From: Eubacteriaceae bacterium
GTDB taxonomy: Bacteria; Bacillota; Clostridia; Eubacteriales; Anaerofustaceae
Reading direction: 5' to 3'
Length of the DNA stretch: 30,468 bases
Assembly: GCA_017531485.1 (NCBI GenBank)
Contig: JAFXKY010000043.1
Coordinates: 1 to 30,468 of the forward strand
Shown here: piece by piece, positions 23,895 to 30,468 of the stretch
How positions within the stretch are numbered: the stretch's first letter is position 1
Layout of the letters: each line of letters opens with the position of its first letter
Notes under the pieces: model-generated
Databases searched by the model: none
What the model saw: only the letters and a program-made list of their open reading frames with translations
Told to the model about the DNA's origin: nothing
Made by a program: the position numbers and the translations under genes

Positions 23895-24803
23895 TTACAT
23901 TACGTCTGCGCCGTTGATGGGATCTCCGCAGTTCGGGCAGAATCTCGGCGGATTGTTCACATCCTGTGTCTGCCATCCGCACTTGTCGCATCTGATGACT
24001 GTCGGAACAAACGGTTTCTTTCCGCCGCAGTTCGGGCAGAAGTTTCCTGTGTTTACTGCGCCGCATGAACATCTCCATGAAGCATTTACTGCCACACCGG
24101 GGTTATTTACGCTGAACGCCGCTGTTCCCGCTGTCGTTCCTGCTGTCACTCCCGTAGCATTGAGGATCTGTGAGAATACCTGCTGAATCTGCTGCTGAGG
24201 CGGAAGTTCCGTAACACCTGTGAGAATGCTCTTGAGTTCGTAAAGTTCTTTTTCAAGATCGTGATATCTTTCGCTGAGTTTCGTGTCCGGATAATTGCCG
24301 TCAGCGAGGTCGATTTCGATCACGTCAAACCACGGAGAATTTACCCTGATCGTAACTTCAAACTTATAGCTGTATTCAAATCTCTGCGGGAAGTAACTTT
24401 TCTTGTTTCCTTCCTTATCCTCATCAAAGATCTCTTCCTTTTCTTCGATCACGTCGATATCAACGTCTGAGATCTGCGTGAATGCAATGATGTCAGGATT
24501 TGCTTCTTTCCAGTCTGTGTATCTCGTAACGAAGAATTTCTTTGCCGCAGTATCAATATATACTTTTTCGCCTTCCCCGAATACTCTGTCGGGATTAAGT
24601 GTGTTAAGGCGCTGAGCATTTTCTTCGCGATATTTAAGCTGCTGCTTGATCTCTTCGATGGTTGAGTTCTTTCTGTCGCTGAAAAGCGGAGAAAGTTTGC
24701 TTGCACATTCTTTGCACATATTTCCGTCTTCAAGCTTTCTGTTGCCGAGAAGACCGATCTTTTCACCGCAGATGTCGCAGTATTTCTTATCAAAAAGTCC
24801 CAT
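23895..24803 (-). CDS. DUF4428-type N-terminal zinc-ribbon protein with central PH-like region and two C-terminal zinc ribbons
   Basis: The 302-aa ORF starts MGLFDKKYCDICGEKIGLLGNRKLEDGNMCKECASKLSPLF, the characteristic DUF4428 start. The C-terminus has WRCSCGAVNTGNFCPNCGGKKP and RCDKCGW...RFCPNCGDP. RBS AAAGGAGA. Confidence 0.7.
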   Translation of the reverse strand: MGLFDKKYCDICGEKIGLLGNRKLEDGNMCKECASKLSPLFSDRKNSTIEEIKQQLKYREENAQRLNTLNPDRVFGEGEKVYIDTAAKKFFVTRYTDWKEANPDIIAFTQISDVDIDVIEEKEEIFDEDKEGNKKSYFPQRFEYSYKFEVTIRVNSPWFDVIEIDLADGNYPDTKLSERYHDLEKELYELKSILTGVTELPPQQQIQQVFSQILNATGVTAGTTAGTAAFSVNNPGVAVNASWRCSCGAVNTGNFCPNCGGKKPFVPTVIRCDKCGWQTQDVNNPPRFCPNCGDPINGADVM

Positions 24804-24829
24804 TTCTTTCTCCTTTTAAATTATAAAAT

Positions 24830-26116
24830 CTATGAACGCTTGTTGCCGCAGTTAGAGCAGAAGTTTCCTTCGTTTTCTGTTCCGCATGAGCAGATCCATT
24901 TGCCGCTTTCAGGCTTCTTTTCACCACATTCCGGGCAGAATTTGCCTGTGTTTACGCTTCCGCATTTTGCACATGTCCATGTGCCTGCCGGTTCGGGTTT
25001 CTTTTCACCGCATTCTGTGCAGAATTTACCTGTATTTTCAGCTCCGCAAGAGCATTTCCATGTGTTTGCATTCTGCACCGGAGCTGCAGAAGCGTTCTGC
25101 TGCTGTTGCTGCTGAGCGATGTTGAAGAGGTTCGTCATATTTGCTCCGCCGACATTCTGTGCCATACCAACGCCCATAAATCCTGCCATAGCGCCGCCTT
25201 CGTTCTTTGCAGCGTCCTGCATAGCCTGAGCTGTTGCAGTTGCTGTAAGACCGGCAGCACGACCTGCGTCAGAGTAAAATACTGACTGCTGAGCCTGTCT
25301 GAGGAGAGCTGCATCTTCTTCCGGAAGTGTTACTGATGAGAGCGCGATGCTTACAACTTTAAGACCTCTGAGATTACCCCATTTTTCTGAGAGAGCCGCA
25401 TTCATTGATTCTTCGAGTTCTTCGTTGTGAGCGATGAGTTCACTGGGGAGAAGACCGATTGCAGAAAGTTTTGCAAGGCCTGCCTGAAGTGCACTGATGA
25501 ATTCAGCCTTGAGCTGAGTGTCGATCATTTCTCTTGTGTACTCATATTCCACATTTGATGCTACGTTTGTGTAGAATAAAAGCGGATCGTCGATGCGGTA
25601 TGAGTATACACCTGAGCAACGTACTGAAAGCTGAAGTTCGAAACCGATCTTTTCGGAAACAATGTTGAACGGAACGGGGTTGGGTGTTCCGAATTTATTG
25701 TTTGTGAGTTCTTTTGTGTTGAAGTAATATACTCTCTGATCTTTCGCTGTATCCCCGCCGAAAGCAAATCGCTTGCCGATGGTCTGGAATGTAGCTTTGA
25801 TATTTTCTGAAAGTGTGCCGTAGAAGATGCTGGGTTCTGTTGATGTATCGTAAGTATATTCACCCGGTTCTGCACATACTTCAACAACTTTTCCCTGTTC
25901 AACGATGATCATGCACTGTCCGTCAGCAACGATGATTCCTGATCCGTTGGAGATAATGTTGTCATTTCCTTTTGTGTTTGATGAACGTCCGCTTACGCGT
26001 TTTTCGCCTTTGACCATAAGTGTTTCAGCACCCATGCTTTCGCATACGAAAAAGTCCAGCCACTGATCTGCAAGTGTTCCGCCAACTGCGCCAAGTCCTG
26101 CTTTAATAAGTCCCAT
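24830..26116 (-). CDS. SPFH/Band 7 family protein (Band_7_1, YdjI-like) fused to three C-terminal zinc ribbons
   Basis: The 428-aa ORF starts MGLIKAGLGAVGGTLADQWLDFF, typical of YdjI-type SPFH proteins. The central SPFH-like region is followed by a Q/A-rich linker and WKCSCGAENTGKFCTECGEKKP, WTCAKCGSVNTGKFCPECGEKKP and WICSCGTENEGNFCSNCGNK. RBS AAAGGAAC. Confidence 0.75.
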   Translation of the reverse strand: MGLIKAGLGAVGGTLADQWLDFFVCESMGAETLMVKGEKRVSGRSSNTKGNDNIISNGSGIIVADGQCMIIVEQGKVVEVCAEPGEYTYDTSTEPSIFYGTLSENIKATFQTIGKRFAFGGDTAKDQRVYYFNTKELTNNKFGTPNPVPFNIVSEKIGFELQLSVRCSGVYSYRIDDPLLFYTNVASNVEYEYTREMIDTQLKAEFISALQAGLAKLSAIGLLPSELIAHNEELEESMNAALSEKWGNLRGLKVVSIALSSVTLPEEDAALLRQAQQSVFYSDAGRAAGLTATATAQAMQDAAKNEGGAMAGFMGVGMAQNVGGANMTNLFNIAQQQQQQNASAAPVQNANTWKCSCGAENTGKFCTECGEKKPEPAGTWTCAKCGSVNTGKFCPECGEKKPESGKWICSCGTENEGNFCSNCGNKRS

Positions 26117-26140
26117 GTTTCTGGTTCCTTTCTTTACTGT

Positions 26141-26437
26141 TTATTTTCCGGATAAATCATTATCCTCGTGTTCGTATCCGCTTTTGGAATACGGATTTTT
26201 ATTTTCTTTCTCCGGATCTTTTCTTACTATCCTGAATCCTTCAAAAGAGAAGCCTTTCATATCGACCATTACGGCGAGTATCCATAGTCCGAATGACGTG
26301 ATGCTCAGCCCGAGGGGCCATTCTCCCATAAAATGCATAAGGAGGAACAGCCACCCCGGAACAGACCACATCATATTAAGCCCCAGATTCTTCACCAGTC
26401 GACTGATGAAACTTCCTTCTTCGTTCGTCCTGCGCAT
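26141..26437 (-). CDS. small (98-aa) two-TM membrane protein, first gene of the SPFH operon
   Basis: Strong RBS AAGGAGGAATT-ATG. Hydrophobic segments: MMWSVPGWLFLLMHFM and LGLSITSFGLWILAVMV. The stop lies 24 nt before the SPFH gene start. Confidence 0.65.
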   Translation of the reverse strand: MRRTNEEGSFISRLVKNLGLNMMWSVPGWLFLLMHFMGEWPLGLSITSFGLWILAVMVDMKGFSFEGFRIVRKDPEKENKNPYSKSGYEHEDNDLSGK

Positions 26438-26462
26438 AATTCCTCCTTATGATTTTTTCTTA

Positions 26463-26492
26463 ATTATAAATCAGATTTCAATACTCAGTCAA
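26463..26492 (-). promoter_or_regulatory. sigma-A-like promoter of the SPFH operon (minus strand TTGACT-18 nt-TATAAT)
   Basis: Read directly from the reverse complement of the 26463-26492 region. It sits about 30 nt upstream of the RBS of gene 26141..26437 and overlaps a weak hairpin downstream of the preceding dockerin gene. Confidence 0.5.
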
Positions 26493-26513
26493 TGTTTACT
26501 GTCTGATTTTTTA

Positions 26514-29500
26514 CTATTTCTTCAAAACTGAAGATTTATTGTTTGCATATCTTAAAATCTGCGTTGCATCAAGTGCGTTGATCTTGCCATCTTTATTGAC
26601 GTCAGCTCTGCCCTTTGCTTCTTCTTCACTCATTGATGCAATAACTGATGATTTATTGTTTGCATATCTTAAGATCTGTGTCGCGTCAAGTGCATTGATC
26701 TTGCCGTCTTTGTTAACATCCCCGAGGAGGTATGTTTCTTCGCCGGGACCCGGTGTTTCTTTCGGTGTCCATACTGCAGACAAACAGATGAATGTTACTG
26801 ATGTGTCTGTAATATTGATCGTTTCACCCGGATTGTATTCAACGCCGTCAAGAATGTGCCATACTTTGAATTCTTTGCCTTCCGGTGCTGTGAAACCGCA
26901 TTCAGGAACAGTGAAGTCTTTGCCGAATTCAACTTTTACAGATTCCATCGTACCTGTACCGCCGTTTGCATCGAATGTAATTTCGTATGTTAACGGTGTG
27001 ACAGGTGCCGGTGTGTTTTTAAGAATTACTGTATTGGATGATTCTTCGATAACCTCACCGGCCGCTCCGCAGAGATATGCAATGAGTGATACTGTTTCTG
27101 TCTTGCCTTCTGCTACAGAGATGGTTTCCTTGTAAGACATAATTCCGTTTTCAAATGTCGGGTTGATGTATTTTGCTTCAGCATCACCAATTTTGATCTT
27201 GAATTCAACATAGTATCCCGGAACGAATGGCGGATTGTTGAATAAGAATTCAACAACATGATCGCCTGCTTCAACTTCAACAGCAGCCGGATTGATACCT
27301 ACATCTATGATGTCAACCGTTGCGTATTCGTGAATATCGCTGATCGTCGGAGCATCCGGAGTGATCTCGCCTTCAGATTTTGCGTATGTAAGAGTTACAG
27401 CAACCTCCTGCGGGAGAGATCTTACCTTTGTTCCGTTCTTATAAAGGTCGAAACGGAGCATGTATTTTACAGTTTCTTCGCTTCCGCTTACAGTCTTCTT
27501 GAAATAGAACTTACCTGACTGATATTCTGTTGCGGTAACGCCATCAGCTGAGCCTGTGCCTCCGACAAATTTTGTATAGATCGGTTTGAGTGTGTAACCC
27601 TGAGCTGATGCTTCGACAGGCATTTCCCAGTTGAACTGAACAGTATGTTCGCCGCCTGTTACATTATTTGTGCTGTTTGCATCAACTTCCTGATCGTCAA
27701 CGTAAACACCTGTAAATACGTTGTCGAATGTTGCATCTGTGATCTCTGTCTGTTTGTCAGTGAATTTGACTTTTACCGTATTCACGTCAATTTCAGTGAA
27801 TCTGCTGTCTTTCACGAAACCGAGTGTGAAGTTTCTTTCGTATACAAAGTCTTTTGCCTGAACGCCTGTGTCTACAGAATATTTATATACTTTGCCTGCA
27901 GGTGTTCCGAGAACTGTGTCAGCGGCAACATCTTTTACAAATACGAACTTGTCACTTGTAACTGTTGTTTCCTGCATGAACGGAGTCACACCCTGTTCCA
28001 TGACAGCGAAATCGTACTTTGTCAGAGCTGCGAATTCATCGCTTACGAAGATCATTACATCCACATTATGCTTTTCGTTGCTCTTTACTTCTGCTGTCGC
28101 ATCAGATCCCGGATATTCATTGCCGTCAATAGCTGTCGCATAGAAATTGAGGTGTTTCGTTCCTTCGAATTTAACATAAGCCGCTACAGAATCGAGGCTT
28201 ACCTCTTCAGAACCTTTACGGAGCTTGATATAGAATGTGTATGTGAATTCCTCACCGTATGCGCCGGTTTCTGTGCGTTTGCAGTGATATTTTCCGTCTT
28301 CACTCTCAGTGACCTGAAGTTCAAGGGACACATCGTAAAGCACGTTTCCGTCCGCATCTGTCTTTTTAGCGTACGGAGCAGCAACATATCCTGCATCGAG
28401 GACAGCCTGCGGCATCTTGTAGATGAATTCAAATTCCTGCTTTTCAAAGCTTTCTGCAGTTACTTTCGTCGTGCCTTTTCCGAGAGCTTTGCCGTTCAGG
28501 AGCAGTTCCATTGATGTGTCGAGAGTCTTGAATGTGAATGTTACCCTGTTTGTAACCGGATTTCCCATAATCGTTCCGCCGGGATTTTTCAAATAAACAT
28601 GACAATCTATAGTTCTTGAAGCAACATTTTTTTCCTGAATGAAATCATACTTTACAGTATAAATTCCGGTTTTCTCATCAAATACCGGTTCCATGTCAGT
28701 GGTTCCCGTTTTGCCGTGGTCCTGAATTTTTACTTTACCGATACCGTATCCGGCATTTTTAATATCCTTCGGAATATCGATGACAAATTCCATTTCGTGC
28801 TTTTCAAATAAAGCTGTATCCCTGATGGTTGTCGGGTTTGTTGTATATGTCGTTCCGTCAACGGTTACGCCGCTGTGAATGTCGCCTTTCTGTTCATTGT
28901 AAGGATCCGCAAATCTGAGTATTACATCAAATGTGCTCGGTATTCCTGTAACAGGTGTTCCGTCTGCTTTTAACGCGTAGATATTGAGGACAGCCTTTGC
29001 TTCGTCTCCGGGATTTCCTGCCACGATCGTGCTCCAGTATTTTGTGTTGTACTGACCGGGCTGGAATGTTTCCGGCTTGATCGTCGTATTATCTGACTGA
29101 CCTTCTACCACCCAGATTCCCTTATATTTTAATCCTGATGGCGGTGTTGAAATGAAGAACTCAAGATCATAAGACATGTTCGGTGTAAGACCTTCAACAA
29201 CGATGATTTTTCCATCCTTCACTGATTTGACGACTTCTCCCTCAGGGACAGTTCTTGGCTTGACCTGAACGATTTTGAATTCCGCATCGTAGTCGCAGAC
29301 ATATGTCTTGTAAACATATCGGTATACGACTCCGCCGCCGGAGAGATAGCCTGCTTTAGCGTCATATACAGTGTTGATGTCACTTGCAATCGTTACAGAC
29401 ATATTTTCCGGTGCAGCATATTCATATCCTGTCTGCCTGCCGACATATGCACCGTAAATATATTCGTGTCCTGCAACAAACTTGTCGGAAGCGGTCATGT

Positions 29501-30434
29501 ATTTTGCGTTTGTAACGTCATACCATGAATATCCGTTTGTTGTTCCCTGAAGGGAAACGATCTTGCTGCCGATTGATGTTACTGTTCCTGAGAATACCGG
29601 TGACTCACCGTGAACCGGATAAACAACGTCTTTGATTTCCACCTTTGATACCGTCTCAGCTTCGCAGGTGAATTTATAACCGATCTGTCTGTAAGTGTAT
29701 TTATCCTTACCTGAAATGATAGCCCATGTAGAGTTTGAATCCACTCCGTTGACCTTGGTTTTGAGCACACTATAGCTCGTTGAGAATCTATAACCTGTAA
29801 TGGCTTTTACATGTACCCTTGCGGTGTATTCTCTTCCGCCAACGAATGTATCGCTCTTTGTCATGTATTTTTCGTTTGTAACATCCCACCACAGAACGCC
29901 GTCTGTTCCGAGTTCGTCTGCGATAGTGTAAGTATATGCTTTTGTTTCAGCATAGAATGACGGAGTTCTGCCCGGTTTCGGTGTTGTTACATTGAATACT
30001 TCGATGAGATCAATCATGCCGTATTCACAGACATATACACGGTTGATTGCCGCAAATTTTGTTTTGTCGTCAGATGTGTATGACGTCTCTGCAGCTCCTC
30101 CGTCAATATAAGCGGTAAAATCGGGAGCTGTTGATCCTTTGACGAACACATAACCGTCGTCAGCTGCAAGGAATACAGTAAGGCTGTATTCGTGTCCTTC
30201 AACAAATGTGCTTGTTGTGGTCATCCATTTTTTATCTGTTCTGTCGTACCACTGAGCACCTGATTTGTTGACTCCGGATGTCTTGTCGACATGGAAACCT
30301 CCGGCTGTGGATGTAGCATATCCGTCAAAGTCAGGTGTTCTGCCCGGACGGGGTGCTTCATAGCCTGTAACGTTTACTGATTTGATCTGCTTATCCGCCG
30401 CAAAGACTGTTGCCGGCATCACACTCATTATCAT
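26514..30434 (-). CDS. large dockerin-containing surface protein, 5' end probably truncated by the window edge: four ~115-aa tandem beta-rich repeats, further beta domains, one Listeria-Bacteroides (Flg_new) repeat, C-terminal dockerin
   Basis: The listed ORF begins MIMSVMPATVFA, which looks like only the tail of a signal peptide. The reading frame stays open upstream through the (GTAA)n tract to the window end. Repeats: GRTPDFDGYATSTAGG..WYDRTDKKWMTTTSTFVEGHEY, KPGRTPSFYAETKAYTYT..WWDVTNEKYMTKSDTFVGGREY, and others. Flg_new: YEITFDANGGTGTMESVKVEFGKDFTVPECGFTAPEGKEFKVW. Dockerin: GDVNKDGKINALDATQILRYANNKSSV, twice. Confidence 0.75.
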   Translation of the reverse strand: MIMSVMPATVFAADKQIKSVNVTGYEAPRPGRTPDFDGYATSTAGGFHVDKTSGVNKSGAQWYDRTDKKWMTTTSTFVEGHEYSLTVFLAADDGYVFVKGSTAPDFTAYIDGGAAETSYTSDDKTKFAAINRVYVCEYGMIDLIEVFNVTTPKPGRTPSFYAETKAYTYTIADELGTDGVLWWDVTNEKYMTKSDTFVGGREYTARVHVKAITGYRFSTSYSVLKTKVNGVDSNSTWAIISGKDKYTYRQIGYKFTCEAETVSKVEIKDVVYPVHGESPVFSGTVTSIGSKIVSLQGTTNGYSWYDVTNAKYMTASDKFVAGHEYIYGAYVGRQTGYEYAAPENMSVTIASDINTVYDAKAGYLSGGGVVYRYVYKTYVCDYDAEFKIVQVKPRTVPEGEVVKSVKDGKIIVVEGLTPNMSYDLEFFISTPPSGLKYKGIWVVEGQSDNTTIKPETFQPGQYNTKYWSTIVAGNPGDEAKAVLNIYALKADGTPVTGIPSTFDVILRFADPYNEQKGDIHSGVTVDGTTYTTNPTTIRDTALFEKHEMEFVIDIPKDIKNAGYGIGKVKIQDHGKTGTTDMEPVFDEKTGIYTVKYDFIQEKNVASRTIDCHVYLKNPGGTIMGNPVTNRVTFTFKTLDTSMELLLNGKALGKGTTKVTAESFEKQEFEFIYKMPQAVLDAGYVAAPYAKKTDADGNVLYDVSLELQVTESEDGKYHCKRTETGAYGEEFTYTFYIKLRKGSEEVSLDSVAAYVKFEGTKHLNFYATAIDGNEYPGSDATAEVKSNEKHNVDVMIFVSDEFAALTKYDFAVMEQGVTPFMQETTVTSDKFVFVKDVAADTVLGTPAGKVYKYSVDTGVQAKDFVYERNFTLGFVKDSRFTEIDVNTVKVKFTDKQTEITDATFDNVFTGVYVDDQEVDANSTNNVTGGEHTVQFNWEMPVEASAQGYTLKPIYTKFVGGTGSADGVTATEYQSGKFYFKKTVSGSEETVKYMLRFDLYKNGTKVRSLPQEVAVTLTYAKSEGEITPDAPTISDIHEYATVDIIDVGINPAAVEVEAGDHVVEFLFNNPPFVPGYYVEFKIKIGDAEAKYINPTFENGIMSYKETISVAEGKTETVSLIAYLCGAAGEVIEESSNTVILKNTPAPVTPLTYEITFDANGGTGTMESVKVEFGKDFTVPECGFTAPEGKEFKVWHILDGVEYNPGETINITDTSVTFICLSAVWTPKETPGPGEETYLLGDVNKDGKINALDATQILRYANNKSSVIASMSEEEAKGRADVNKDGKINALDATQILRYANNKSSVLKK

Positions 30435-30445
30435 GAGAGCGATAA

Positions 30446-30468
30446 GTAAGTAAGTAAGTAAGTAAGTA
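30446..30468. repeat. (GTAA)n tetranucleotide microsatellite (5.75 units) running off the window end
   Basis: Read directly: gataAGTAAGTAAGTAAGTAAGTAAGTA. Confidence 0.9.

Noticed and set aside
19339-26437. A PspA/Vipp1-like coiled-coil gene within the SPFH cluster
   Set aside because: I looked for one. None of the ORFs has a ~220-aa uninterrupted coiled-coil architecture. The 302-aa protein has only short helical segments between zinc ribbons.
10954-26513. Calling the central region a mobile element or genomic island
   Set aside because: I found no integrase, transposase, recombinase, tRNA attachment site or flanking direct repeats. The accessory character is inferred only from gene content, so no mobile_element feature is reported.
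26539-28514. Plus-strand ORFs 26539..27135 (198 aa) and 27645..28514 (289 aa, Cys-rich)
   Set aside because: They are antisense to the 1306-aa dockerin protein gene. The composition (C/F/V-rich) is typical of the reverse frame of a beta-rich ORF.

Overview
All substantial genes in this window lie on the minus strand. Composition and gene content fit a cellulolytic Clostridia genome, probably Ruminococcus-like, but that is a guess from dockerin sequences alone.

The flanks (10-10953 and 26514-30434) encode five large secreted dockerin-bearing surface proteins. These carry Big_2 Ig-like repeats, cohesin-like beta-sandwich modules, a Listeria-Bacteroides repeat and an unusual 37-aa His/Cys tandem repeat.

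Between them, roughly 10954-26513, is an accessory-looking region with no recognisable mobility genes. It contains five things.

(i) A 940-bp non-coding stretch holding a plus-strand promoter-plus-terminator unit, which I read as a candidate small RNA.

(ii) Two small putative immunity-like genes and a frameshifted micro-membrane-protein gene. These are bracketed by two copies of a ~48-nt repeat.

(iii) A translationally coupled two-gene operon encoding a 147-aa protein followed by a 1701-aa cytoplasmic protein. The large protein has no P-loop and a His-rich C-terminus, and is tentatively DUF4132/MolR-like. The operon has its own promoter region and flanking terminators. This is my main candidate for an undescribed system.

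(iv) Four unrelated small membrane-anchored proteins, each with its own promoter signals. One promoter is a near-identical 35-nt copy of the promoter in front of the immunity-like gene 8 kb away.

(v) A five-gene operon encoding a small TM protein, an SPFH/Band_7_1 protein with three zinc ribbons, a DUF4428-plus-zinc-ribbon protein, a double-zinc-ribbon membrane protein and a TPM-domain protein. It resembles the B. subtilis PspA-associated ydjGHI module but has no PspA gene.

The window ends in a (GTAA)n tetranucleotide tract sitting in-frame at the truncated 5' end of a surface-protein gene. No rRNA, tRNA, CRISPR, transposase or integrase was seen. All domain assignments are from motif reading, not database searches.
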